From positions 1-58,301 of the forward strand of contig CALGTL010000030.1 in NCBI GenBank assembly GCA_937901475.1: a stretch of 58,301 bases of DNA, in the 5' to 3' direction. The stretch comes from an uncultured Dehalococcoidia bacterium (lineage in GTDB: Bacteria > Chloroflexota > Dehalococcoidia > Lucifugimonadales > Australimonadaceae). Positions 28,686-38,860 of the stretch are shown one piece after another. Position 1 is the stretch's first letter, and each line of letters begins with the position of its first letter. The notes below the pieces were generated by a model. The model was given only the letters and a program-made list of their open reading frames with translations, did no database searches and had not been told where the DNA came from. A program made the translations under genes and the position numbers.

Positions 28686-30923
28686 CTACTTGGCTTCTGG
28701 CTCGGACTCAGCCATCGATACACGTGGCAACCACTCGAGCCAGGAGGGTAAGTACCAATTCCAGTCGCCCAACAGCTTCATTGTTGCCGGCAGCAACACG
28801 GACCTAATCACCGTCGCGTCAATCAGCACCGATACCCCAAGCCCCACACCGAATTGTTGGAGCCCCACATCGCGGGCGAGCGCGAACGCAGAGAAAACCC
28901 CGACCATAATTGCCGCGGCGCTGGTGATTTGCCCTGCCGTTATCCGAATGCCGATGGCCACGGATTCATCGTTCCTGCCCGTGCGGTCATAGGACTCCTT
29001 CACCTGGTTCAGCAGGAGCATGTGGTAGTCCATCGACAATCCGAATAAGATTGCGAACAGGAACAGCGGCAGCCACGCGACAATCACCCCGGACGATTCC
29101 GAGCCCAATAAACTGATTCCCCAGCCCCATTGGAAGACCATCACTAGCACCCCGTAGGCTGCCGCGACTGACAACATGTTCAGGATGATTGACTTGATTG
29201 GGATTACAACCGAACGGAACATCCACAGGAGAAGCAGGAACGCAACCCCTAGAACGAACGCGAACACTATCGGAGCCTTGTTGTACACGAAGGCCTTGAA
29301 GTCCATGTTTGTCGCCGCAAAGCCTCCCACCAGCGCGGTTGCCTCTGTCGAGCCGAATGCACCAGGTAGTAGTTCTTCGCGTAGCGCTTCAACACCGCCC
29401 GCCGCAATCCCTAGATCCCCACTCATTGGCACTTGAATTAGCAGCGTATCGCCTGTGGGGTTTGGGGTTGCCTCGAACGGACCGAAATAGCGATCAGGTT
29501 CCGCCTCCAATCGGGCGATGAGGTCGGCGACAGCATTCTCAACAGCAGGCGCCCTTACATCATCGGCCGAAACCACCACGAGCGTTGGGTCTGTGAATCC
29601 TGCTGTGAAGTGCTGCTCTAGGAGCACGAGACCCGATCTCGCAGAAACTGCATTGTGTAGCGCCTTCGATCCCGTCGGGAAGCCGAGATTGATTGCGAAC
29701 GCAGGTATCGACAATGCGACCAATCCAACCAATGTGACGCTGGCAAAGATTGCGGGACGAGCCATTACCTTATCCGTCACGGTTCCCCAGATGCCGTTAC
29801 CCACGACTCGATCAAGCAATGGCATGCGTAACCTGTTAACCCCATCGCCAATTACGGCAAGCACCGCAGGGAGAAATGTTACCGAACCGATAATCGTCAC
29901 GAACACGACCAGCATTGCACCGAGCGCCAGCGAAACGAAGATTGGATGGTTTGTTAGCGTCAGACCGGCCAACGAGACTAGCACTGTCACGCCAGCGAAG
30001 AACACCGCCCGACCGGTGGTATTGTTCGCCGCCACGATTGCCGCGTACTTATCCTTTCCTGCCTCGCGCTCCTTGCGATACCTACTCACAATGAACAGCG
30101 AGTAATCGATACCGACTGCCAAGCCCAACAGAAGGATCATCTCCGAGTACGACGCGTTCAGGGCATATGACTGGCTAATCACAGCGGCGAGTCCGTTGGC
30201 GATAGTTATTGCACCCATCGCGAGCGCAAGCGGTATCAGCGCCGCTATCACGGCGCGGAACGCTAGAAGCATGATAATTAGACCAAGACCCAGAGAGACA
30301 ATCATAATCTGCCTGAAATCTTCTTCTACAATTTTATTAACCTCTCGATTGGTCGTCAGATTGCCGACGATAGAGATTGTGTAACCAGCATCAGCGTGGG
30401 CTTCCCGTGCGTTAGCTACGGCTGCGATGATTGAGTCCGCTCGGTGCCCGTCAAATTTCACTTGACGATCGACCACGACATCAGTACGGAGCACGTGCCC
30501 ATCCTGGGACACATGCCCTGGCGCTTTTGTCTTATAGACCGAACTCACAGACTTGATTTGCGGCAGGCTTCGTAACTTCTCGAACACCTGCTCGGCCACA
30601 ACTTGGTAGTCCTTGTCCATGACGCTTAGTTCTGCGTGACTGATTAGTAATTGCTCACCGCCCTGGCCCCCGCCCGATCCGCGAGGAAACTTTTCAGACA
30701 GTAACTCGTGTGCCTTCCCCGACTCCCCAACATCTCCTTCGCCGTTCTGAAGGATTACTTCCAGAGATGCGGATGCGAACATGGCCGCCGCAAGCGCTAG
30801 GAATGTGATGATCAGAATAGGCCAACGATGATGGGCGCTCCAACTTGCAACCCGTGCAGTTGCCGTCGTAGCAGTTTCGTTACGATGAGTCATAGAGTTC
30901 CCTTGAGGACGTAGGCTAACCAT
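28686..30923 (-). CDS. MMPL-family (RND superfamily) transporter
   Basis: 745 aa with two 6-TM bundles, each preceded by a large soluble loop. It has typical MMPL segments (VSLGLGLIIMLLAFRAVIAALIPL, LFGLSMDYHMLLLNQV). Confidence 0.85.
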   Translation of the reverse strand: MVSLRPQGNSMTHRNETATTATARVASWSAHHRWPILIITFLALAAAMFASASLEVILQNGEGDVGESGKAHELLSEKFPRGSGGGQGGEQLLISHAELSVMDKDYQVVAEQVFEKLRSLPQIKSVSSVYKTKAPGHVSQDGHVLRTDVVVDRQVKFDGHRADSIIAAVANAREAHADAGYTISIVGNLTTNREVNKIVEEDFRQIMIVSLGLGLIIMLLAFRAVIAALIPLALAMGAITIANGLAAVISQSYALNASYSEMILLLGLAVGIDYSLFIVSRYRKEREAGKDKYAAIVAANNTTGRAVFFAGVTVLVSLAGLTLTNHPIFVSLALGAMLVVFVTIIGSVTFLPAVLAVIGDGVNRLRMPLLDRVVGNGIWGTVTDKVMARPAIFASVTLVGLVALSIPAFAINLGFPTGSKALHNAVSARSGLVLLEQHFTAGFTDPTLVVVSADDVRAPAVENAVADLIARLEAEPDRYFGPFEATPNPTGDTLLIQVPMSGDLGIAAGGVEALREELLPGAFGSTEATALVGGFAATNMDFKAFVYNKAPIVFAFVLGVAFLLLLWMFRSVVIPIKSIILNMLSVAAAYGVLVMVFQWGWGISLLGSESSGVIVAWLPLFLFAILFGLSMDYHMLLLNQVKESYDRTGRNDESVAIGIRITAGQITSAAAIMVGVFSAFALARDVGLQQFGVGLGVSVLIDATVIRSVLLPATMKLLGDWNWYLPSWLEWLPRVSMAESEPEAK

Positions 30924-31138
30924 CGCTGGCGAAGGCGAGATGCAGCGCTACGTGGTTTTGGTACAGGCAGGCTTTCAGGATATGAATTTCATGTGCCACA
31001 TACAATCGAGTTAGGTTGAATTTCCGAACGAGTCGACGGCATCACCCCCTCCAGCCGACGCCTGCAATATGCTACCCTCAACCTCTCGCCTGGCGTGGCG
31101 CTAACCGATTCATAACTGAGATTTGCGGAGGTGCGAGG

Positions 31139-32083
31139 GTGACAGTTCTCATCACTGGCGGTATGGGTTTCATTGGTCTTCACACGGCGAGGGCATTTGT
31201 CGACGCTGGTGAAGATGTGGTGATCACTTGGTACCAGACTTGGCGCGAGCCTGATTTCATTAAAGAAGAATTCGGGAAGCGCGTCATCATCGAAAAGGGC
31301 GATGTCTCCCAAGGTAACGTAATCCGTGATATCGCTAAGAAACACAACGTGGATGGTATTGTCCACCTAGCGGTTCCTGGTGTTGCTGCACTTAGCGCTG
31401 CAGACGACTACCGCACCAACATGACAGGGCTCATTGACGCGCTTGAAGCGGCACGCGAGGCCGAGGTACGCCGCATCTGTGTGGCTAGCTCTATCGCGGT
31501 CTATCACAGCATGGGAGATGGCCCTTACAGCGAAACAGATCGTCTCCCGATGGAATCAGCTAACCCGACCGAGACCTACAAGAAGGCATGGGAAATCCTA
31601 GGTATGCATTACGCAATGCGCACTGGAATTGAGCTCATCAACATGCGTATTGGCGGGATTTGGGGCCCACTCTACCATTCCGGTATGAACCTGCCGAGCC
31701 GTCTGACTAGTGCGGCGGTGAAGAGTGTTGAACCCGAGTACATAGGCGGCCGGATCCCGTTCCGTGACGACAACGCGGATATCTTTTACGTGAAGGACAC
31801 TGCCAAGGCTATCCAGACCGTTTACATGGCGGACAAGCTGGAGCACAACATTTACAACCTGGGCGCTGGCTACCAAATTACCAACGGAGATATCGAATCC
31901 GCCGTCAAGAAGGCTATTCCAGACGCTAAGGTTGAGTTGCAAGCCGGTGAGGGCCCCGCTCATAAGAAGAACGCTTACATGAAGGCTGAGCGCCTCGCTG
32001 AGTTGGGGTTCAAACCCCAATGGAGTGTTGATGAGGCCATCGCTGATTACGTAGATTGGCTCCAGGCTGGCAACGAGAAGTAG
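31139..32083 (+). CDS. NAD-dependent epimerase/dehydratase (extended SDR), paralog 2
   Basis: GTG 31139 (VTVLITGGMGFIGLHT) is preceded by GCGGAGG. This start gives 314 aa, colinear with paralog 1. The upstream part of the track ORF (from 31016) has no counterpart in the paralog. Confidence 0.8.
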   Translation: MTVLITGGMGFIGLHTARAFVDAGEDVVITWYQTWREPDFIKEEFGKRVIIEKGDVSQGNVIRDIAKKHNVDGIVHLAVPGVAALSAADDYRTNMTGLIDALEAAREAEVRRICVASSIAVYHSMGDGPYSETDRLPMESANPTETYKKAWEILGMHYAMRTGIELINMRIGGIWGPLYHSGMNLPSRLTSAAVKSVEPEYIGGRIPFRDDNADIFYVKDTAKAIQTVYMADKLEHNIYNLGAGYQITNGDIESAVKKAIPDAKVELQAGEGPAHKKNAYMKAERLAELGFKPQWSVDEAIADYVDWLQAGNEK

Positions 32084-32120
32084 CAGGTTGGTGCACCGCG
32101 CTCTTTGCACAGAGAGTAGA

Positions 32121-32150
32121 GTAGGGGCGGCCCATCGGGGTCGCCCCTAC
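32121..32150 (+). terminator. GC-rich hairpin downstream of SDR paralog 2 (terminator-like, no U tract)
   Basis: GTAGGGGCGGCCC-ATCG-GGGTCGCCCCTAC forms about a 13-bp stem with a tetraloop, 38 nt after the stop at 32083. Confidence 0.4.
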
Positions 32151-32221
32151 GTGCGCCCCTGACCAGGCGCTCCGTTACTATGGGCTCTGCACAACGGTGC
32201 TTGAGGACTAAGGAAAAGACC

Positions 32222-33025
32222 ATGACTACAAGGATTGGTATCGTTGGCTGCGGGGCTATTGGGAAAGCCATCCTGAAGGCAGCCGACAATGGCCTCATCA
32301 ACGTCGACGTCGCAGGTGTCTCCACTCGAACTGAAGCGCCAGCTCGAGAGTTCCTTGGGTCGCTACAGCACACTTGGCCTTTGATGGGCCAACGCGAATT
32401 GATTGACGCGGCGGACCTCATCATCGAAGCCGCCGGTGGCCATGCAGTACCATCAATTGCTGCCGCGACCTTCGATGCACGAAAAGACCTCATGCTCATC
32501 AGCATAGGTGCCTTGGTTGCGCACCCTGAAATCATGGCCCGTGCACGAGAGACAGGGTGTCGCTTAATCATGCCATCAGGGGCAATCATCGGCCTTGACG
32601 GAATTAAATCAGCCTCCGTTGGACAGATTGACCATGTAACGATGGTGTCCCGTAAAAGCCCTGCAGCATTGGACGGCGCACCGCATGTTGTCAACAACAA
32701 CATAGACCTCTGGTCACTCACTCAAGAAACTGAGATATTCTCTGGTTCGGCCACCGACGCTTGCGCCGGATTTCCCGCAAACCTTAACGTTTCGGCCGCG
32801 GTTAGTTTTGCTGGCATAGGCCCTGACCGCACTACCTTGAAAGTGATTGCGGTGCCAGGTCTTCAACGCAACTGTCATGACATCGAGGTCGAAGGCGAAT
32901 TCGGCCTGATGCGCATCCACCTTGAAAACATTCCCAGCGAAAACCCGAAGACCGGGAAACTTACCGCGATGTCCATAATCAGAACCGTTCAACAGGCAGT
33001 GGACTCTGTCCACCTAGGTACGTAA
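32222..33025 (+). CDS. aspartate dehydrogenase (NadX)-family protein
   Basis: The N-terminus MTTRIGIVGCGAIGKAI and the C-terminal segment ENPKTGKLTAMSIIRTV are typical of the L-aspartate dehydrogenase family. ATG 32222 is preceded by AAGGAAAAG. Confidence 0.7.
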   Translation: MTTRIGIVGCGAIGKAILKAADNGLINVDVAGVSTRTEAPAREFLGSLQHTWPLMGQRELIDAADLIIEAAGGHAVPSIAAATFDARKDLMLISIGALVAHPEIMARARETGCRLIMPSGAIIGLDGIKSASVGQIDHVTMVSRKSPAALDGAPHVVNNNIDLWSLTQETEIFSGSATDACAGFPANLNVSAAVSFAGIGPDRTTLKVIAVPGLQRNCHDIEVEGEFGLMRIHLENIPSENPKTGKLTAMSIIRTVQQAVDSVHLGT

Positions 33026-33027
33026 CC

Positions 33028-34626
33028 GTGAACAACGTAGAGCTAACAATTCGGATGCTGGAGCGCGCAGGCGTGCGCTGGGTGTTTGGCGTTCCATCAG
33101 GCCCAGTGCTACCTCTCATCGAAGCCATTCGCCAGAGCGATTTGATCGATTTCGTTCTTACCGCCAGCGAAACATCAGCAGGCTTCATGGCCGAGGCCGT
33201 CGGTCGGCTCACGGGGATTCCCGGTGTTTGCGTATCCACTGTTGGGCCAGGTGCAACGAACCTCTCCACTGGGGTGGGCGGAGCGTACCTTGACCGTTCC
33301 CCTGTCATTGTCATCACCTGTAACTACGCGCGCGCGCAGTATGGTCGGCGGACTCAAATGCTTATTGATCACCAGGCGCTATTCGCGCCTCTAACAAAAG
33401 CATCCTACCTAATCGAAGAGGGGCATGTTGCTGAGACTTTAGCGCGAGCACTAGGTGAAGCGGTTGCTGAGCCCCCAGGCCCTATCCACCTAGATTTCCC
33501 TGAGGATGTTGGCGTTGCTGAGGCTACGGAATCTCCAATCGAGGCGACTGCTCTTGTTGCTGTTCCCTCTCCTCCTCCGGAACTAGGTGAACATGTCGAG
33601 GCTGCACTGCTTACCGCAGAGCGCCCCCTTCTCGTTACTGGTCTCACCTTCACACGAGCTAAGGCGCCCGAGGCGCTGCTTCGATTCGTGGACAATCAGC
33701 AGCTACCTTTCGTCACGACTCTCCAAGCCAAGGGCTTCCTGCCCGAGTCGCACCCGGCTGGCCTGGGTGTTATGGGCCGTGCCCGCCGGACTGACGTTAA
33801 ACGTATGATTGACCAGGCGGATCTCGTGATTGCTGTGGGCTTTGACCCCGTCGAGATTGACTACGAGGACTGGCTTGGCGAAACGCCACTGGTGCACCTG
33901 AGCACTGAGCTGGTTCAGCTAGGTACCCGCGCGACCGTCGCCTACCAGGCCATGGGTGACATCGACGCTATCATTACGCACCTGGGCGGCCTGCCATCCG
34001 TCGAGAATGCCTGGGATCGTGATTCATGGACAAAGCATCGCCAGGCACTCAATGAGAACTTGCGGCCTGCTAGCGTCGAGCTTGCGACGCACCACGTCCT
34101 TGATGTGCTCCGTGCTGAACTTGCTGACGACGCACTCATCACCTACGACGTGGGGGCACACACACATCAGATAGCCACTCAATGGCAGACCGACCTACCG
34201 CACACGGCGGTTGCTACCAACGGCTGGTCATCTATGGGCTATGGTCTTCCGTCGGCATTTGCGGCCAAGCTTGTCCGCCCTAATCGACAAGTCGTAGGCG
34301 TTGTAGGTGATGGTTGTTTCCAGATGACGGCGGGTGAACTTGCGACGGTGCGTCGCTTGGGTCTATGCGTGCCTATTATAGTACTTAATGACGGCTGGCT
34401 CGGACTCATGAAGGTGAAACAAGAACGACTTGGCAACCCGGAGTCAGCCTCTTTGCTTGGCAATCTCTTGCCTCCGCCAGCCCACTACTTCGGCGTTCCC
34501 GTGCGTGGTGTGCGCAACCAGGAAGAACTGACGGATGCGATTAGATGGGGATTATCGCTAGATGGACCATCTGTCATCGAAGCCTTCGTTGACGTTGAGG
34601 CCTACTCGAAAACTGTTTTCGATTAG
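33028..34626 (+). CDS. thiamine-diphosphate-dependent enzyme, acetolactate-synthase-like family
   Basis: 532 aa with an N-terminal Pyr domain (GVRWVFGVPSGPVLPL...SETSAGFMAEA) and the TPP motif GDGCFQM...LNDG. It starts 3 nt after the nadX-like stop. Confidence 0.8.
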   Translation: MNNVELTIRMLERAGVRWVFGVPSGPVLPLIEAIRQSDLIDFVLTASETSAGFMAEAVGRLTGIPGVCVSTVGPGATNLSTGVGGAYLDRSPVIVITCNYARAQYGRRTQMLIDHQALFAPLTKASYLIEEGHVAETLARALGEAVAEPPGPIHLDFPEDVGVAEATESPIEATALVAVPSPPPELGEHVEAALLTAERPLLVTGLTFTRAKAPEALLRFVDNQQLPFVTTLQAKGFLPESHPAGLGVMGRARRTDVKRMIDQADLVIAVGFDPVEIDYEDWLGETPLVHLSTELVQLGTRATVAYQAMGDIDAIITHLGGLPSVENAWDRDSWTKHRQALNENLRPASVELATHHVLDVLRAELADDALITYDVGAHTHQIATQWQTDLPHTAVATNGWSSMGYGLPSAFAAKLVRPNRQVVGVVGDGCFQMTAGELATVRRLGLCVPIIVLNDGWLGLMKVKQERLGNPESASLLGNLLPPPAHYFGVPVRGVRNQEELTDAIRWGLSLDGPSVIEAFVDVEAYSKTVFD

Positions 34627-34700
34627 GACTCAACACCGTAAATCGATAAGCCGAGTACTCTACCTGTCCTCTGGCTGCAACATCACCGTAAGATGGTAAG

Positions 34701-36026
34701 CTACTCTATCTTGCTCGCCTGGGCTTTGCGCTCGCGCAGGTACCTTGGAGACGCCATCAGGAACGCCATTGGCGCCATTACGAAGCTGATAACGACTAGC
34801 CCCCACATCGCTTCCCGGTACGACCCGTTCACGTCAAACATGACCCCTAAGTAGATTGGCCCTACTACGCCCGCTGCAACGGCACCACCTTGTAGCAAAC
34901 CGATTACCGGCCCGAGAGACCGCAACCCGAACATCATGCTGCCCAAGGTTCCCCTGATAGGAATCATACTGCCGAACCCAACTCCGAACATCGCGATGAA
35001 TGGCAACGCGCCTACCACCGAAGTTGGCTCTGCCAACTGCAGGTACACAATCGAGAGTCCCATGACCACCGCCATGATGGCCAGCACGAATCGGTAATCT
35101 GACCGGTCCATCAGTATCCCGCCTCCCATTCGTCCGGCGGCGCTCAGGAGGAAAACCAAGGTTACCGATAATGCAGCTTCGGTCGATGAAAACCCCAAAT
35201 CTAAGATTAGATAGGGAATCTGATGTCCGTGGATTGCGGAATTTACGATGAACATGCCACCCATGTAAGCCACTAGCAGCCAGAACTCCCTAGTGTGTAG
35301 TACCTCACGAACGGTCAGCCCTGAGTCCGCGAGCGTGCTCGATTGCATCGCAGCGGACTCCGCTTCATCCTTCGGCTCATCCCCATCTGGGTGAAGCCCC
35401 TGCTCCTCAGGGGTGTTACTGATCAATAGGCTTATCAGCGAAACACCCACAATCACGATGACGCCGTAGCCAATAAGTACTGCGCGCCACCCGAACACCT
35501 CCTCCATCGATGTGTTGAGGAGCAGGAATGGTGAACCGAAGATGGGGCCCATTACTGCCAACCCCATCGCCATACCTCGTTTGCGCCGGAACCATCGGGC
35601 AATCAATACGGGCCACGTCACAGCATGGCTAGCCCCTGAGGCGCCCAGGGAAACGATGAAGAAGAAGAAAAAAAATGTAAACAAGCCATTGATCATGCCC
35701 AAGCCGATCAAGCCCAGACCAGTCAGTATGCCGCTCCACAGAATCATGGATCGTGCAGTGATGCGGATTAGCATGAAGCCGATGAATGGACTTGCCAGAC
35801 CTGACTCAAGCTGTCGCATGCTGAATGCAGCAGAGATCACCCAACGAGGCCACCCGAATGTGCTCTCGATGGGGAGAAATAGGACGCTGAAACCTTGAAA
35901 ATAAGCGGCGGAGAGGAGAGTGTTAGTCGCGACACTGGACGCGACAATCGTCCACCCGTAGAAGAATCGAGGCCGTTTGTGATCTGCGATCTGCCCAGGG
36001 TTCGCCTCGTCGGTAGGATCTGTCAC
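34701..36026 (-). CDS. MFS transporter
   Basis: 441 aa with about 12 predicted TM helices and a central hydrophilic loop (TPEEQGLHPDGDEPKDEAESAAMQ). Confidence 0.8.
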   Translation of the reverse strand: MTDPTDEANPGQIADHKRPRFFYGWTIVASSVATNTLLSAAYFQGFSVLFLPIESTFGWPRWVISAAFSMRQLESGLASPFIGFMLIRITARSMILWSGILTGLGLIGLGMINGLFTFFFFFFIVSLGASGASHAVTWPVLIARWFRRKRGMAMGLAVMGPIFGSPFLLLNTSMEEVFGWRAVLIGYGVIVIVGVSLISLLISNTPEEQGLHPDGDEPKDEAESAAMQSSTLADSGLTVREVLHTREFWLLVAYMGGMFIVNSAIHGHQIPYLILDLGFSSTEAALSVTLVFLLSAAGRMGGGILMDRSDYRFVLAIMAVVMGLSIVYLQLAEPTSVVGALPFIAMFGVGFGSMIPIRGTLGSMMFGLRSLGPVIGLLQGGAVAAGVVGPIYLGVMFDVNGSYREAMWGLVVISFVMAPMAFLMASPRYLRERKAQASKIE

Positions 36027-36169
36027 TTAAGACTCCGCTTATCGATTGTGGGTTCACAACTATGGTAGGGTACCTCCTTGGCTAAAGCGACGTGCTAGGA
36101 TCGATTCGTTGATAAGTGATCGTCGTCGCCTCGCTTTGGCTTAGCCTAGCTCTAGGAGTCTCCCTCCCT

Positions 36170-36589
36170 ATGACCCTTGATGACCTGGAACCGCTACTGG
36201 CCCAGAATCGCATTGTGACCTTTACCACCTACCGTCGAGATGGCCGCCCTCAGATGAGTCTCGTCACGGTCGGTCGGATGGGCGATGCGCTTGTATTCAG
36301 TTCAAGTCGAGGCAACGCGAAGTATGCCAATTTGATGCGTGACCCGCGTTGCGCCATGATGGTCATGACCCCCAACCTACGCTCCTACGCCGTTCTTGAT
36401 GGTGACGCTGAGGTAATCAGCGTGGAAAATACAAATGCTGAGACTTTGAGTACCACGTTGCGAGAGGTCTACCGTGTTGCTGCCGGTAAAGAGCACCCTG
36501 ATTGGAGCGAGTACGATGAGGCGATGATTGAGCAGAAACGGGTTGCTATATTGCTCAAACCATTCCGAATGTACGCCCACGGCCTTTAG
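36170..36589 (+). CDS. pyridoxamine-5'-phosphate-oxidase-family (split beta-barrel) flavin/deazaflavin-dependent protein
   Basis: The sequence MTLDDLEPLLAQNRIVTFTTYRRDGRPQMSLV...AMMVMTPNLRSYAVLDGDAEV is typical of the PPOX class. AGGAG lies 11 nt upstream of ATG 36170. Confidence 0.6.
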   Translation: MTLDDLEPLLAQNRIVTFTTYRRDGRPQMSLVTVGRMGDALVFSSSRGNAKYANLMRDPRCAMMVMTPNLRSYAVLDGDAEVISVENTNAETLSTTLREVYRVAAGKEHPDWSEYDEAMIEQKRVAILLKPFRMYAHGL

Positions 36590-36629
36590 TCCTTAACTAG
36601 AGGGAGTTATTGGTGAGCAGCTGTGCAGT

Positions 36630-37745
36630 TTAGGAAACTTCTTCGAGAACCAGATTGAAGGAAAGCGTGACAGCGGATCGCACTACGGTCATGCGTACAG
36701 TGTCTCCCACCTTGTACCCATTGAGAAGCAAGCGAACCAACTCAGTGGTTGTACTTACGGTGGTTTTGTCCACCATGATGATCACATCATCGGCTTCGAT
36801 CCCTGCGCGGTCTGCCGGCCCGCCCGAGACCACTCGTAAGATAAGCACTCCTTCATCGATAGACAGGCCGCGCTCTGCCGCGTTCACCGGCGTCACATCA
36901 ATGATGCTTACGCCGACGCGAGGGCGTATGACTCTGCCATTCTCGATAAGGTGCTGAGAGACTGGAATCGCAGTGCCCATGCTGACGGAGAAGCCAATGC
37001 CATCGGCCTCCTGGCCACTGCCTATGGAGCCACGGATAATCGCGGTATTGATACCTATGACGTCGCCCGCCAGGTTTAAAAGTGGTCCGCCACTGTTGCC
37101 TGGGTTAATCACGGCGTCGGTTTGAACCAAGTCGTGCAGTGCCGGTGAATTTTGTCCTATATCGAGTGTCCGACCCTTTGCGCTAACGATACCTACCGTC
37201 ACTGACCCTTCAAACCCCAGCGGGCTGCCGATGGCGATTACCCAGTCGCCGATGCGCATTGCATCCGTGTTGCCCAATTTCGCAATAATTAGCTGCTCAA
37301 TATCGCCAGGGTCGATTTTCAACACCGCGAGGTCTGTCTCCGAGTCCGTCCCAACGATCTCGGCATCCGCCTGTTCACGGCTGGAGAACGCCACTCGAAC
37401 TTTCGATGCACCTTCAACCACGTGATGGTTAGTCAGTATGTAACCGTCCTCGCGGAAAACCACGCCCGAACCCTGAGAGGTACCTTCAGTTGTCTGCCCG
37501 AAGATGTTTTGCTGTTTCGTTGTTGCTATTACCTGAACAACCGCTGGCGCAACGCGCTCAACCACGCTTGCGATATCAGGAAAACCCAAGGGAATCACCT
37601 GCGATGAGTCGCTTGTGGCAGATGGAGTTGCTTCTGTGGTAGCGGTTGGGGTAGGTGGCAGATTGCCAGTGTTGCCGCCGCCGCAAGCTATCGTGAGCAT
37701 GGAGAATAAAATTAGAGAAGCTAGGGAGAGTTTAAAAATGTTCAT
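36630..37745 (-). CDS. HtrA/DegP-family serine protease with PDZ domain, lipoprotein signal
   Basis: Has a catalytic triad context (TNHHV, DLAVLKI, GNSGGPLLN), a C-terminal PDZ domain, and a start at ATG 37745 followed by a lipobox (MLTIACGG). Confidence 0.9.
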   Translation of the reverse strand: MNIFKLSLASLILFSMLTIACGGGNTGNLPPTPTATTEATPSATSDSSQVIPLGFPDIASVVERVAPAVVQVIATTKQQNIFGQTTEGTSQGSGVVFREDGYILTNHHVVEGASKVRVAFSSREQADAEIVGTDSETDLAVLKIDPGDIEQLIIAKLGNTDAMRIGDWVIAIGSPLGFEGSVTVGIVSAKGRTLDIGQNSPALHDLVQTDAVINPGNSGGPLLNLAGDVIGINTAIIRGSIGSGQEADGIGFSVSMGTAIPVSQHLIENGRVIRPRVGVSIIDVTPVNAAERGLSIDEGVLILRVVSGGPADRAGIEADDVIIMVDKTTVSTTTELVRLLLNGYKVGDTVRMTVVRSAVTLSFNLVLEEVS

Positions 37746-37818
37746 GTGGGTACTCAGTGGTAGTAAGTAAATCGTTAAGGCCATAACACCTTTCGTTGAT
37801 TAGACTCGAGGGCCAAGG

Positions 37819-38544
37819 CTACTTTTCTAACCTGCTGATCGCTTCTTTTTGAATCAGAGTTAACTGCTGGATACCAGATGACGCTAGGCCCAACATTTGG
37901 TCCATAGCTGAGCGAGAGAACGGGTGCTCTTCGCCAGTGCCTTGGACCTCAACGAAATCACCCTTGTCTGTCATCACCACGTTGCAGTCGACATCCGCCT
38001 TGAAATCTTCGTCGTAGCAAAGATCCAACAGCACCTCGTCACCTAGCAACCCCACGCTCGTGGCCGCAACGGATGTGTTCAGGGGCACATGGTGTAGTGC
38101 ACCTTTGCGAACTAGGCCCAGCAACGCCTGGTACAGAGCCACGTAAGCGCCAGTGATCGATGCTGTTCGCGTGCCGCCGTCCGCTTGTAGGACGTCACAG
38201 TCAAGTGTAATGGTGCGCTCGCCGACCTTGTCGAGTTGCGCGACTGCACGGAGAGAGCGACCAATCAGCCGCTGTATCTCCATAGTTCGACCTCCCTTTG
38301 CGCTCCGCTCACGACTTATGCGCGAGAGAGTAGAGCGTGGAAGCATCCCATACTCCGCTGTGATCCATCCCTTGCCCTGCCCTCGCATGAAAGGCGGTAC
38401 TCGCTCCTCAATGCTCGCTGCGCAGATGACTCGCGTCTTGCCGACCTCCACGAGGACTGACCCTTCAGCAAATTCCTGGTAGTCAAGTGTGATAGTCGTA
38501 GGCCGAAGTTCGTCGAAAGCTCTACCATCGATGCGCGTCGTCAA
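37819..38544 (-). CDS. rph: ribonuclease PH
   Basis: The sequence (M)[14 protein letters not shown]...[17 protein letters not shown]...[11 protein letters not shown]...[15 protein letters not shown] identifies RNase PH. I place the start at TTG 38544, which gives 241 aa. The track ORF (to 38649) adds 35 N-terminal residues with no counterpart in RNase PH as I recall it. Confidence 0.88.
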   Translation of the reverse strand: MTTRIDGRAFDELRPTTITLDYQEFAEGSVLVEVGKTRVICAASIEERVPPFMRGQGKGWITAEYGMLPRSTLSRISRERSAKGGRTMEIQRLIGRSLRAVAQLDKVGERTITLDCDVLQADGGTRTASITGAYVALYQALLGLVRKGALHHVPLNTSVAATSVGLLGDEVLLDLCYDEDFKADVDCNVVMTDKGDFVEVQGTGEEHPFSRSAMDQMLGLASSGIQQLTLIQKEAISRLEK

Positions 38545-38772
38545 GGTATTCGTCCTATGAGGATGGAGTGCGTTCAGTATACCAATGCCAGGTCTCTCAA
38601 GCGGCCGTTTCAGGGTAAAGACGAGCGCTATCTCTTGGCCCAGCGCCAAGAAGGAAAGGGAAGCGATTAGGGTTTAATAGACCTGGCATTGGAGCATCGG
38701 GGTTTAATACCATTCGGAAGATATTATATTGAAGCGTATCCTTACCTTTGGCCGGGCAAGAAGATTCGCGCG

Positions 38773-38802
38773 TTGACAGTGCCACACGGCGACTCGGATA
38801 AT
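38773..38802 (+). promoter_or_regulatory. sigma-70-type promoter upstream of ilvE
   Basis: TTGACA (38773..38778), an 18-nt spacer, then GATAAT (38797..38802), about 58 nt upstream of the ilvE ATG. Confidence 0.5.
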
Positions 38803-38860
38803 CCATAAGAGGCTTGGCGAACAGCACCAAGCACCCCGTACTTAATAAGAGGTGTGCACC

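Noticed and set aside
31016-31138. N-terminal 41-codon extension of SDR paralog 2 in the ORF track
   Set aside because: Paralog 1 starts directly at the Rossmann motif. GTG 31139 has a GGAGG SD, and the extension has no counterpart in the paralog.
32047-32721. 224-aa minus-strand ORF overlapping the end of SDR paralog 2 and the nadX-like gene
   Set aside because: It is antisense to two well-supported plus-strand genes. Its composition (Ala/Arg/Ser/Pro-rich) is typical of a shadow frame.
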